Shown here: positions 1 through 12,306 of the stretch, in pieces
How positions within the stretch are numbered: the first letter of the stretch is position 1
Layout: the number at the start of each line of letters is the position of its first letter
DNA from: Eutreptiella sp. 'Long Island Sound 2002'
Lineage: Eukaryota > Protista > Euglenida
Length of the DNA stretch: 64,000 nucleotides
Assembly (NCBI GenBank): GCA_964036045.1
Contig: OZ038378.1
Coordinates: 11,098,001 to 11,162,000, forward strand
Direction of reading: 5' to 3'
Translations under genes and position numbers: made by a program
The notes under the pieces: generated by a model
What the model saw: the letters and a program-made list of their open reading frames with translations, nothing else
What the model was told of the DNA's origin: nothing
Databases searched by the model: none

Positions 1-163
1 AGGCACGGGAGAGCAAACACTCTGGATACCTAGCCAGCAAAATACAGAGGTTCTGATTCCGCAGAAGGGAGGGAAACAACGTCACAAAGAGGCCTCAGCA
101 GACCTGAGCCAAATGAGGCGTCCAGCCCAACGCTGCACAAGGATCCACCTCTAAAAGTACAGA

Positions 164-164
<1 letters not shown>

Positions 165-242
<78 letters not shown>
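165..242. repeat. (CA)n microsatellite, ~39 units
   Basis: Uninterrupted CA dinucleotide run seen directly. Confidence 0.98.
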
Positions 243-243
<1 letters not shown>

Positions 244-1035
244 TGTGTGCAGGGCGAGGAGGTTCGAGGTTACATGGCAGCGGCGCCTTAGTCTGTTTCC
301 CGTGGGTTGTGCCTCAGGCCCCAGGGCGCGTCCAGCTAGGCAGGCCTATTAGTTTGTTGTGTGCCGGAGGGCTCTTCTGACATCTAATGACCCCTCCCTT
401 CAATGGACACCCCTGCAGCCCCGGTGTCGTGGTGATTGCCGTCTTACACGCAGGCCTGTCCACCCGGCTTGGAGTACCGCATGGAATTCGACACCGGCAA
501 GAACTACGCCCGAGTCCCTCCTGACCAGATCTCCAAGGCCCGAGCCTCGATATTTGGGACAGGTAACGCCGACTTTGTGATTGTGCTCCGGAGGTTCCCC
601 AAAGGGTGCCGTGATATCTGTTGTCCAGTGCCATGTCTTGTGTGTGACCTGCTTTCGTTGATGGAGGTCGGTTGCATCTTTACAGGGTCGGGGAGAAGGG
701 CGCAGTGGTGGGGGTCCCACTGCTCCACATGTTAGTTCCCCTGCTCACCATCACACGACTGCCCACATGCCGCCGATTTCCCTGTCGGCGCCGGAAGGTC
801 ACATGCAGTCGTCCCCATGACCGTGGAGCCATTGGTCCATTGGCCAGTTTTCAGCCGGGGACAGACAGCGGGAGTGCTTGCGCCAGACTTCACTTTGTCT
901 GCAGGCCCAAAGCCAAGATGATTACCAGCGACAAGGCCCAATGCCAAGCCCAACACCAACCAAGCAGAGCGTGCACCAAGAAGATGGGCATTGCTGGTCG
1001 TGTCTTGTGAGTCTATGATGGTGATGTCCCACAGC

Positions 1036-1352
1036 CACGGAGGGGGGACTGCCGGCCAGAACCCGACCCCAAGCGCGGGGGAGGGGGGGGGCTCTACGGA
1101 CCCCAGAATGGTTGTACGGATCAATGGGTTATGTGGGCGCTGGAGGCGCCGGAGATTTTATTTTAGGCATACGGCAGGGCAAAATTTTTTTGTCTGACCC
1201 AAAGTGTCTATCCTCAAAATACTCAGAATTTTGTGGAGAATTCAAAAACGGGTGAAAAACACAAAACAACATTTTGACCCTGACCCGACCTCCGGTTCGG
1301 GCCTTGGCTGATGGGAGCCTGCAGCCGGCAGCCCCCCTCCCCCTCCCCCGTA
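1036..1352. mobile_element. Non-autonomous hAT-like MITE (317 bp)
   Basis: Perfect 8-bp direct repeat CCCACAGC at 1028-1035 and 1353-1360. Imperfect TIRs (CACGGAGGGGGGACTGCCGGC vs reverse complement TACGGGGGAGG...GCTGCCGGC). An 8-bp TSD is characteristic of hAT. No ORF. Confidence 0.7.
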
Positions 1353-1459
1353 CCCACAGCTTAACAGTGTGCATCCTTTGCTGGGCCCTCCTACTCCATC
1401 TCCCTCCCTCTCTTTCCGTCCGTTGATAGTCACCTCTCGCGCTCCTGCCTCCTGCACAG

Positions 1460-1944
1460 ACTTGTCAGCCCCACCCACTCGCACAATTTCTGCCGCAAGA
1501 CCTGCCAACCGTCAGCACAAGCCCAGAGGTCTGGTGTCTGACGAGGAGACCTGGAGGGTGGATCTTGAGAGCAAATGCAGCTGGGGCAATGTAGCAGGCG
1601 TTGAGGAGCTGCTGCGGTCCCGGCAGTTTGCACACGCTGATCTGCACGCGGCCCTGTGTGAGACGGCCCGCAAGGGGCACCTGCAGGTTCTCCAGGTGCT
1701 GTTGGATGCCGGGGCACCTGCTGGGGCCCAGACCCCCGCTGGAATGACCGCCCTGCACTTTGCTGCCCAAGAGGGCGAGGAGGACGCGTGCCGACTGCTG
1801 GTGCGGCATCTGCCGGACCGCGGGAGCTGCGAGCAGCGGAACTCAAGGGGGCTGACTGCGGCGGACCTGGCGCGGGAGCGGGACCTCTGTGGAGTGGCGC
1901 GCAGGTTGGAGCAGTGCATACAGCAGCAGTTCGCGGGCGTTTGA
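1460..1944 (+). CDS. Ankyrin-repeat protein, probable terminal exon
   Basis: Ankyrin motifs: ALCETARKGHLQVLQVLLDAGA, GMTALHFAAQEGEEDACRLLV, NSRGLTAADLA. Pyrimidine tract plus CAG acceptor at 1457-1459; TGA stop at 1942-1944. The exon start is inferred. Confidence 0.85.
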
Positions 1945-3627
1945 GTCGAGGGTGCACACGACCGATGGCGAAGTCGGTCGTGCGGTTGGCCGATGCCGCC
2001 CGGGCGTTCATGAGACCCACCTCCGATGCAACGTGGGCATGCCCTACACGACGCTGCGCGATGGACGTGTGTCGCTCCTTGTTTGGGACCCGTGCCACGT
2101 TTGGACTGGGGATCTGAGAACCCTCCCAGCCCTACCAGGGCTCTCCCATTCTGTCCCTCTTTCCGCCCGCAGTGGGCTAGCACCGCCGTGTCCACGCACA
2201 GCGACCCCGTCTGACGGACGCTTGCGGCCCACAATGCAAAACACATGTTTGTGAGCCGTTTCTGTTGGGAAAAGGGCCAGGTCATGCGTGTGACCAGCTG
2301 TTGCTGCTCGACACAGCATCACAACACATATTTCACACCGCTATCCACTTCCATTTGTGTGGATGTGATTTTCAGGGAATGGAACTGCAATGGGGCACAA
2401 GTCCCTCCAACACAGTAAAAGTTACATGGACCACCATCAGCCATCACAGTCTATGCACATCGGGAGACCACCAGGTGTCACAAAGACCTCGAAGGGGCCG
2501 GGATTCAGCAGGATTCGCTGGAGTGGACGGGAGGCTGATAGGAGGTCCAAAGCTGGCTGCCACAGCGGTCACGGGTGATTGAAAAAGTGGTTGAGATTGT
2601 CTGGCGGATGCACAATGGGTGCGCAATGAGCAGAGCAGTACGCTTACCATTTTGAGGTACAGAGGACGGGAATGTCCCTCTTCAATGTATTCGTTTGGGA
2701 CGCTCCGGCGACCAGCGCAAATCCCCCGCCCCCTGCCCCCCCAATGCAATGGCCAATGTGGTGCGCCGGCTTAGGATCTAACACGTAGCGACCCGAAAGC
2801 CCCTGGCCCTCTGTTGCACTTCTCGCATTGCATGCGGTGAAGAACATCCAACCTCACGGTCTGGAACGTCTGTATGTAAGGCCTGTCGGCGTTGGCAGGG
2901 GGGGTGGATGCCAGGGGGGCAGCAGGTTCCAATGGTGAGCGGCAGGACAAGCATTCCACTCTCCCCCACAAAAATGTGCCCCTCTCTCAGAACTGACCTT
3001 CAGCAACGACAGCAGGCCACACAAAAGACATGGCACTGGCTACCGGCTGTACTACACAGTACTCCCTCTCCGCTCAGCAGGAGAAGGGGGTTTCCGCCCA
3101 TTGTGACCCTCAAAGCCCTGGTGACCATAAGCCCCATATCCCGCTCATAAAGGGGCAAGGCCTGGGTGGGACGGGGGGTCACAGGGGGGGGGCTGGGGAT
3201 ACATGCCTTCCCTGTTGTGTCTCAGGCAACGGACCCAGGGGAAAGGAGGCCAAATTAGGGCATACCGCCGCCGGTCTACACCAGACTCGCCAGTGCCTTG
3301 CGACAGGCCACCACTCCGTCCCTTTTTTTTGCGACAGAAAAGTATCTATGGACCAGCACGGCCACCGACGAGCCTGCTCTCTGTTTTGTGTACTGCTGCC
3401 CGCAACTGGCATCCGGCTTCTCTCCGGGGGGGAGGGGGGTAGGGAGAGTTGGTTGGGGGATCTGGCGCGGACACAGGGCGTTGTGAGGGGAGGAGCCAGC
3501 ATGCTGCATTGGTCATTGCTTGGCACTGGCCTTCTTGTGTCGCAGTCATATGTGCTCTGCTACAGCAGTGTTGGGGACGTATGTGCCTCGGTCGTGCAAG
3601 GCAGGGGTCCAAAGACACCCTAGTCAC

Positions 3628-4500
3628 ATATCTCTCGGGGACATTCAGAATATGCCAACTTTCTGGGTTTTTAGCACTTTTCGGCAATTTCTACAACTTT
3701 TGCTTCCATGTGCAAACATGTCGTCACCTGGGGGGGGGGGATGTGTATACTTTTTGAAATCTGCAAGAAAAGGCCATTTCAGAAATGTATGGGTTGGGGG
3801 AGGGGGGGGTTGCCATTTTTCAGCGTAGCACAACACATTGGACAGTGCACACAAACATGGCACTGCACCGTTCATCCATTTTTCTTCAGAATCACTGTCA
3901 TCGTCAGCATTCCTTTTTTCAGGCAGGGCTGGGACCCCATTAGGGCATACATCCCCCTGTTTGTGGACAGGGACATATGTCTTCAATTTTTGCCAATCCT
4001 GCAACCTCCGTGCCTTCACCGGCACCCAACCTTCGTTAAGGGGCATGGCCCACAGGCCATCGGTTGTGAGGTCCACGTTTCGTTGTTTCGTCGTCAGAAT
4101 GGCATGCTCCTTGTTGCCTTCCTGCCGGGCTCATCCCGAGACACCTGCACCCAGTTTACACCCCCAGAGCGAGCCCTTTTGCGCGTCGAAGGCTTTTGTG
4201 GTGCGTCCGGGGAAGCAACAGCCTGTGGCGTGAATTTGTATGAAGACATGGCAGCTGCCTGTTGACAAAAAGAGGCAGCAAACAACACAAGCATCGTCCA
4301 AAACGGACGAAAATCTCAGACATGTCGTCAGTCCAGCATGCAGACCTGGGTGTTCCAAATAGCCCTTTTCAAGGGCTTTTGGAATATACCCCACATACCA
4401 ACACCTCCGGAACACTCAGTGGGCACAAATGAGGCAACAATGGCACCGACCCCCGAAAACCCAGAAAGTTGGCATAATCCCCAACGTCCCCGAGAGATAT
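3628..4500. mobile_element. Segment bounded by a ~45-bp inverted repeat; possible DNA-transposon relic
   Basis: ATATCTCTCGGGGAC...ATGCCAACTTTCTGGGTTTT at 3628-3673 is inverted at 4456-4500. The interior has a decayed minus-strand reading frame of unknown family. No TSD found. Confidence 0.4.
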
Positions 4501-4684
4501 ACGCAGACAGCAAGTCCACAGTACACCCTTTGGGTAGAATGTACAATGCGGGCTGTATTGCACTTGGAGCCCCGTCCAATTCCTAGACGCGGTTGCCTTT
4601 GCCCCGTCAGAGCCCCTAGAGCAATTGTGTCTTGCAAGGGCCTCCAACAGCCACGTTTCTGTGAACACAAGATGCGAGCTGCAA

Positions 4685-5394
4685 GAGGGTGCCCTCAGCG
4701 CAGTGTGCGCACAGTGCAACTATTTGAGCGTTTGGTCGTATTAGAAACCCATACTTTGTGATACTAGGGGCATAGCTGTTGTTTGACACCAGGTTTTTGA
4801 TGCTTCTTCTGCATTGGGGGTATGGCGGATGTGAATTTTCACCCAATTTCACCTATTTTCACTTTTTTCTACACATTCTTTGCTCATTTCTCCGCATGTT
4901 CTGCAAGCGGTGAAAATATTGGCCGTGCAATGGTTGGAACCCTAGGGGGAACAAATTTTTTTTTCCGGATGAGGATGCACACCTCCGGACTGATTCCCGG
5001 TGGTGCAAGACGGTACTGAACAATCTCAACGTCCAGGCATCCACTTGTGTGCCCTACACTCGCACGTCTAACCTTCTATGCGAGAGACAGAATCCTGTGG
5101 TGGAACAGGACCTCAGGGTTCTGATGAAACAAGTACCAAAAATTGGGTATGACTCTTGCCTTGGGCTGTGATGACCATGAACTCCGGGAAGAGTTCATCA
5201 ACGGGGTTCGTGGTTTCCGTTTTGCAAACTGTCTTCTGGGAAGGGAAGGTAGCTTGCAACTGTCTCAAGCTAGGGTAGCTGGGGTGGACGAGTTTTGAGG
5301 GCGTTTGGAAAGGGTGTGTCTAGGGCTGGTTGGGGGGGTGGGGGGGTTAGTCTAAAAGTAGCGTGCAATGCGCGCGCAATGCAAGGGTCCCCCC
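4685..5394 (+). mobile_element. 3-bp-TSD cargo-carrying element, copy H1 (710 bp)
   Basis: Short G-rich/C-rich TIR (GAGGGTGCCCT...AGGGTCCCCC) and TSD CAA (CAAG is also possible). GCGCAGTGC-like repeats at both ends. Left ~170 bp and right end (TAGTCTAAAAGTAGCG) are shared with 25675-26408. Confidence 0.75.
4968..5210 (+). pseudogene. Retroviral/Gypsy-type integrase core (rve) fragment inside element H1
   Basis: Translates DEDAHLRTDSRWCKTVLNNLNVQASTCVPYTRTSNLLCERQNPVVEQDLRVLMKQ, then (frameshift) STKNWV*LLPWAVMTMNSGKSSSTGF. This matches the D..~35..E / PY..SN..ER.N / W..LLPWA..N...TG pattern of LTR-type integrases. Confidence 0.75.
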
Positions 5395-8229
5395 CAAGTC
5401 AGACCTCTCTGCCGAAGTCGCCTGTCAACGCTAGTGAGTTGTCTGACAGCACATATATTCCTCCCACTGCCTGCTTGTGTGCTTGTGTGGGAAGGCGGTA
5501 GTCGCGTTCATCTGCAACAACGATGGCCCGCAGGGCACTCATTTGTTGTTGCACATGAATTGGGGTTCACAGGGCTGTCCTTGAGGTATGTGATTGTCCC
5601 CTTTCTTTCCGTTGAGGTATTTGGTGGCAGGATTGCGATGGCGGATAGTGGATAGCGCTTCAGCGTGCCAGACGCTAGTGTGGCGTATTTGTGCCCAACC
5701 CCCCCTTTGGCGTGCTAGTGGGCGGAGCTGTTGTTGAGCGAAGCAACTGCCGAAGTCAAACATGAAGAATCTACGGCCTCTGGGGGGCTTTTCAGGTGGT
5801 GCTCGGGACTCCCGGTTTCACTCCCGGGGACAGTTGAGTAGTTGTGCCCAACGTAGGCCTCAACCCCGGGAATTTTGCTGTAGGAGCTGGGTGCTACGGC
5901 CCATTGCTGCGACCGGGGGGAGGGTGCTGGATGAGTGCCCACTGTGCAGCTGACCAATGTTTGGGTCATCATTGTTCAAATAAAGCACCTCCCAAACCCA
6001 TGGTGAGGCTGAAGTCCATGTTGAGCGCGGAAGAGAGACGTGTATCAGTGCACACAAATGCACTGCCTTAATACAGTCGCAAAGGACCTCAGGAGACAAT
6101 ATACTAGAGAGGGTGGATGAAACATGGTGTAGGCAGGTCGCTAGTTGGTAGCCAGCAAACTGTTGTCACGGAATTGAGCAATTGACAGCCAGGTAACGCC
6201 CCATTGCCAGAATAGACAACCGCATTTGGACACGGAGAGTGTTCCCCAATTCCGTAGGCCGTGCCACTCTTTTTTGTGAAGTGTAGATTTTGACTTCCTT
6301 GGCATCCTTCAAAACTCTTTTTTCTTAGGTTATCACACTGAAAATGCAGATGTCTTTTTTCTTAAGTCTTCTCACACTCTAGTTCGTGATGTATAAGTAA
6401 ATACAATCTGAATCATGGAGCTAGATGACGATAGCCCCAGTGAGAGGACCCATTCCCAAACGTATGAGTAACCAGCGTCTCAATGAGGGACTGCCAAGAC
6501 ATGTTCTGTGGTTTAGAACAATGACCGTATCAGTCATTGGTTCCGAAGTTTGTGGGGCGCACCAACGTGAGCAGTCGTCCTTCTGGATATGCACCCAGAC
6601 TGTGGCGGTGCAGCAGAAGATCCGGTTGCTGGGTGGCTGATACCGTCTTGTCTTGAGTGTGGGGCACGCTTCTTGTGGCATCTTGTACCACCCGCCTCTG
6701 CGCACCTCCTTGATCTGACGAACTCCAAACAGGTGCGGACCCTAATTCTTTATATTGACCATCAGGGGGGGTAATAACCAATGAGACAGGATACTCGAAG
6801 ACATTAACCACCTGCATCTAGGGGCGTTACGGCCGTCGTTACACCTGTTGAACAAAGTGCACGACCCAATCGTGGCCATACAACACACAAGATTGTGTGG
6901 AGGCAGCAATGGTTTGATGGTCATTAAATTGTGGCCCCCAAATGGCTCGAGAGTCTCACCCCCCAATCACTCAATGTGTGCATCGACACGGATGTGTTCG
7001 GACCCACCAGGAAGTGGTATCTCCAACAGCTCCCACCACACATTGTGGAAACCTTGAAAACTCTGTTTTTTCCCACACCGGGGTGTTCCGAAACAGCAAT
7101 CGAGCACTTCGTTCAGTGCATCCCAAAGATAGTCGAAAGCTTTTGGTCGCGTAAGCCATGCATCTACAGGCACCACCACGGGGTGAGCAGGAACCAGAAT
7201 GCCTACTCCAAGATGAACGAGGAGCCTCTGCTAAGGCGCAAGGTGGGAGAGCATGGTGGTTCGTATATAGAGACCTTGGCATATGCTGCACGGATCGGGT
7301 CGCTTCAGTGGGTGCCTGCATGCTGCGTGTGACTTGGTGAGGACCCTTCTCACTTCCCGACAAGTGCAGCATCTGAACATCTGTATGAGCCCAAGCTGGC
7401 TCATGCACTGGGGGTCCTTTGATAAACTTATACTTGATATTCTCGGGAGGGCACTGGGGCAAGAACCAGCTTTGATTGCAGTAATCGTTCGAACACAAGC
7501 CGAATGTCACAGATTCCTTGGGCAGGCAACAGTCATTTCCAGAGATGGAAAATCATTGTATGGGAGGAGATGAACTCCATGGTCCATCTATAGTCCTCAA
7601 ATGTCACACCTGATGTGTTGGAGCACATACATTCCGTGCGCAGCTAGTGCATGGTGCGGGAAGCACCCCCGCGGTCGGGTGTCTAACAGGCACAACACAA
7701 ACGTTGAAATTGCCATAGTTTTGCAAGGTTTTTACGGTATTACCAATGTCAAAGCCTTCATCGTCGCAGCCTTTTTGTGGGGTATGCGCCCAGCGGCTGA
7801 CCCAAACCCTAATCGGAGCTGCGGTGCACAGGAAGCATTCCGATGTGATATCACACGAGCATAGTCATATGACACTGAGCCTTGCATTGTCAAGCGGTAC
7901 ACAACTAACTGAAAATAGGGGCTTTCGCAGACGAAAGACGCCTAGGGCTGCTTTGCAGCTCTTGGGGGGTCGTCTCCAACCGCTTTTCTTGTGCTCTTTG
8001 CTCTTGTTTTTGTTGTTCCTCATGTGTGCGCGTTTCAAGACTGACACTGGGGTGAAAACTACAATCATTGCAAAGATTGGGGTGCGCTCAATGACTTCAC
8101 CTTGCTTGTATTAGTATCCCAAACGGGTGTGTACCACTTGGTCTTTGTCACAAAGCTCTCACAGCGTGTGTGTCTTTGTGTGTCTTTGTGTGTCTCTTTC
8201 TCAGTGGCTATTTTTTTGTCATCTGCAAA

Positions 8230-11183
8230 ATGTTCTATGTGGGTGCCACTTTGCAATCAGTGTACGATGATCGTCGAAGCTTCGTTGGAGAGGCACAGCA
8301 CGACGATCCCCATGGGACTGAAATCCAACAGAGCCCAGCCGAGACCAGCGAAGGTACGGGAGCCCCGCTTCAAGAAGCCTCCAGGCAAGTCACTGCAGAC
8401 TGTTTTGTGTCGAACGATACCATGTGGGACCTGCAGCAGGAGTCAGTCCGAGACAGCCCAGGGCTGAGTCCAACTGCGTCGGGGGAGTCGTGGAGAACGA
8501 AGTCCCAGACTGTTGACCAACTTTTGCAGTTGAAGGATGAGCAACTCTGCAGCACTACGATTCGGGAGGAATGGGGCACGAACCAAGTACTAACCTCTGC
8601 GCCCATCTCCACACCCAAACATGAGTCCCAAAGCGCGAAGCCTGACCCAAAGCCTGACCCGAAGCCTAACCCATCCCAGCCGTCAGACCAACCGGTTGCA
8701 GCCGAGGCCATACCTGACCCAGAAGCAGAGGTGATGGTGGACGACGCGGAAGACGAAGGGATTTCGCAAACACCCCCAAATCTGGACATGCCGGATCTAG
8801 GCGAGTTCACCTCCCAAACGTCCTCTTCACCAGAGCTCCCCACCCCTTCTACCCCTCTTACTTTGACGCCTACCTCAAGCCAACAAACCTCACAACCTTC
8901 TCAATCTTCGACGGCTTCATCGGGGCCGTCTAGTATTGGTGATATAGATCTGTCCCAAGATTGGGATGAGGTAAAGAGACAGATCCACAAAAGTTACGGA
9001 CGCGGATTAGCTAGCTCGAAGAGTCACTTGCCGAGAAGGACTCGCTCTCCATGAAGCTCAAGCTGCAGCTGAAGGAGTATCAAGCAGGGATGGAAGAGAT
9101 GGCCCTGAAGCTCAAGATCTCTGAGGCTCAGGTGGATGCCGCCAAAAAGGCTGAACCAGAGAAACGCACTTCCAGCGGGCGCAAGGGCGACCCTGAGGCC
9201 GGGATGAAGCAGATGGAGCAAGTTGCCAAGTACTATGAGAACAAGTACAAGGAGATGCAACAGCAGCTGCTTATTCTTAGTGGAAAGGCTGGGCAGAAAT
9301 ACGCGGCGTTGCATGTGGCGGCGAAGCGGCTCCAGAACGATTTCCGTTCCACCAAAGTGTACCTCAAGTTTAAGATCCAGTCGACACTGGACGACATTAT
9401 TGCTGATATCAGCAGCGCTCAGCTCCCGGATTTACCCGTCCCTGAACTGCCACCACGACCACCACCTGCTCCTGCTGCTGACCCCCCCACAGCTCCATCC
9501 CCTGCCGAGCCTAGTATTCCGATTCATAAAGTTGCCAGGCTGGAAGAACAGCTCGTGCTGCTCACAAACACGCTCAGCGCAATGCAAGAAGGCACTGAGA
9601 ACACTTTTCTTGACGACTCTGATGATCCGAACGCCCGCTTCGATTGTGCCCTTGAAAACTTTGCAGGCCTCAATAGGCAGCTGCTGGAGGCTAGTCATCA
9701 GATGGTCACGAAGCTGTTGGTGAAGGATGTGGAGAGCAACGACCGACGAATCGCGGACTTGGAGGGCCAGAATGACCAGCTGAACGAGGAAATCATGGGC
9801 TTCATCCAGCAAGTGGAGGCCTCTCAGAGCCGAGCAGATCCCCCGAAGCCCGAATCCACAGAGATCGGCACTGAAACTGAGGAAAACCAGCGGCCCTCCC
9901 CCCTGCAAACGGAGGAGACAAGCGGCTTGTGCAACGTCCTGTGCGCCAAGTGCGGCATTTCGCTTGCCCGAGCCCACGCGCCGGACCAAGACATATCCGC
10001 CGCCATTCGCGCGCTTTCCGATTGCGTGGATCCGGGCGACGGTTGGCAGCTCCGGGAGTTCGCGGAACAAGTCGACTGCGTTGCGCAAGCGCTCCAAAGG
10101 ATGCCGCGCCCGCGCTCTCCGAAGTGCAACGGCCGGAGCCACATCCCCGACACTGAGCAGCGGGCAGTCCAGGCCCTGCATCGTTGGCAGGAGAAGCAGC
10201 TGATGCTTGTGCAGCGGCGGCAACGGATCTTAATGTCCACCTGCACGGTCCTCCGCTAGTCCGTCATGGGCGGGGCCATGGCTGCTGCCGACCGAACTGC
10301 CACCAGCCCATCCGCCTCTAGGCCCCGCGCTCTGTCCCGCGCCTCTGTGGACAAGTCCTTCCGGGGGCAGCCCTTTTCCCACCTCAGCTTGAGCCTGACC
10401 GCCCCTACCGGCGCTTGGTCGCCCCAATCCGGAGGCAGTGGCACGCCGTCCGGCTCCCCCGTGGCCGCCGTCTGCCACCTGCAGACCACCGGCCTTGCCC
10501 TCTCCGCCACCACCAGCCCCACAGTGTGCCGCGCGCTCTCCATCATCGGGTCGCCCCAACACGCCCTGGTGATGGCCAACAGCGGGAGCAGGGGCCGCAG
10601 CCCGCTCACCTTCAACGTCGGCACCAGCGTGGCCGTCCCGCGCACGTCCCTCCCCTCCTCCCCTGCGTTGCCCCGCTCCCGCTCACCTCCGACGCCGGAG
10701 TCGAGGCCGACCCCCGCGGCGGACGGGCCACCGCGCCACTGCAGCCCAACTTCGGTGGCCAAGGCCCTCACGCAGGGCCGCAGTGGCTTCAGGCTGAGGT
10801 CCCTCCCCTCCGCCCAGAGCGCCTCGCAGCCCGCCACACGCCCAAAGGCAGGGCCGGACACCCCCAGGCCCGGCAGGTGCCCCGCGAGCCGAAGTGCGTC
10901 GATGGAGGCGGGGCGGAGCCCTGCGCGCCGGACGGGCTCTTTGGAGGTCTTCGGCCTGACCCAGCACCGCCGCAGCGGGTCGCGCGCTCCCGGGGCCGAG
11001 ATGAATGCGTCGGGCAGCCGTAGCAAGTACGCGTTGGACTCCCCGCAGCACTCGGACGAAGCGGAGCGCGGCCCGGAGCCCAAGGCCGCGGGCAGTGACC
11101 TGCCTCCCGTGTCCTCGCCGCTCCGGAGGCGGGGGGCGGGGCGTGCGGCGTCCTCGCCTGACGGGGCCTTCTTCGGAGTGTGA
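8230..11183 (+). pseudogene. Large low-complexity/coiled-coil protein gene (~980 codons), interrupted by one frameshift (~8998) and in-frame TAGs at 9012 and 10257
   Basis: ORF 9051-10259 and ORF 10266-11183 are in the same frame, separated only by TAG. The frame of 9051 reads upstream as TRIS*LEESLAEKDSLSMKLK. Coding-like codon bias throughout and heptad-like segments. No recognisable catalytic domain. Confidence 0.65.
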
Positions 11184-11695
11184 GACTCACGGGGGCTGTG
11201 TGACACCGGCGATGGGTCGGGGGACTGCGGGCCGTGGGCAGTGGGCCGTGCCGCGAGCCAAAGACCACGTCAGGGCCCATCGACCTCGCAGACGCCCCCA
11301 ACACCCCGAAAATTTTGTTGCCCCCCCTCCGGACCCCCCTCCCCCCCCCCCTGGCCCACGCCGTGGGGGTTTGGGGTCCATAGCCGCTGCGGTGCACAGT
11401 TCTATGACGCAGCAACGCATGTGGAATGTCCCCATGAGTCACCTCAATCCGTACGTAATGTGCCCGTGAGTTACATGGCCACGTTTAAAAGTGCTGTCGG
11501 TGACTCCTACACTCGTTTGTGCATGCTGTGCGGTGGTTTCCAACTGCAGATTCTGGTGTCAGAGTCAGCTCATCCTGCACTACGAGTCAGATCCGCTACC
11601 GCGGTCATTTGTGGGATCACCGTAGCACCGGACAGCTCTGTACCTTCAAGGGTTGTCTAGACTGGTGAGCAGGCCACACCAGCCTGTCTTTGTCT

Positions 11696-12306
11696 GCCCC
11701 ACCCCTTCAACAAGAAACATTGAGTTTACGACACGTAGAACTCTCACAATTTTTAGATTCTGCAGCCACGTCTATCCCTTGCGTCTGCCCTGATCAGTCG
11801 CTACTCGGAATCGACGCAATTCATGAACCCACGATAGCCTGCTGCATATCTCACGATATTGGCAAGCAGCAGTAGCGTCACAGGGTGTGTGCACGCATGC
11901 CACACGAGATTCTTACCTGGAATTACTTCATTGCGATGACTCTTCAAATAATCATCAGCAAACGCTCACCAGTTGCGTAGCAAAGGCTGTCGCTGGAATG
12001 CCCGTCTGGACATCTTCTGATCCGAATGTTGGCCACTTTGATGCAGGAGGTAGACACTCGTCTCACACAGCAAGTCCAGCGAAATTTGGCGAAGCTGCCA
12101 GAAACCAAAATTTTAGGTGCAGCACTGATTGAGGAGTGCCCTGCAAAGTGGAATGATAACTATACAGCTAATACCACATAATAGGCTTTATTTTATGCCA
12201 ACCTCCAAAATTTTGATCCCGCCCTCCAAGTCGGGTAAAACGCGCTGCCGACACGCTCACCGACTTGTTGGCCGCCAGGTTTGCCGACTCGGGGGGGGGG
12301 GGGGAT
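11696..12306 (+). mobile_element. 5'-truncated transposon relic inside the tandem unit (repeated at ~14516-15127 and ~18474-19085)
   Basis: Ends in GCCGAC subterminal repeats plus poly-G plus TTTG, like the right ends of the CAACC elements. A decayed frame reads ...KILGAALIEECPAKWNDNY, loosely resembling the hAT LIxDxxTRWNSTY motif. No left end or TSD found. Confidence 0.35.

Noticed and set aside
30-239. ORFs made of CV/TH repeats (also near 36528, 56916, 62704)
   Set aside because: Translations of (CA)n/(GT)n microsatellites.
2300-3050. Minus-strand text GWMFFTACNARSATEGQGLSGRY resembling a retroelement RNase H start
   Set aside because: The catalytic Asp is absent and no downstream RNase H or RT motifs could be confirmed.
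6421-7870. Frame-broken protein-like region (also 23700-25410, 26420-27210, 31100-31990, 54850-56600)
   Set aside because: Probably decayed transposon ORFs, but I could not recognise any diagnostic motif or termini, so they are not annotated.
9051-9054. ATGA stop/start overlap suggesting a prokaryote-style coupled two-gene operon
   Set aside because: The downstream frame stays coding-like upstream of the ATG (LEESLAEKDSLS), so this is one frameshifted eukaryotic gene.
9432-11442. Long antisense/alternate-frame ORFs (e.g. 9432-10223, 10256-11206; also 1430-2098, 27881-28516)
   Set aside because: Shadow ORFs of GC-rich coding sequence on the opposite strand or frame.
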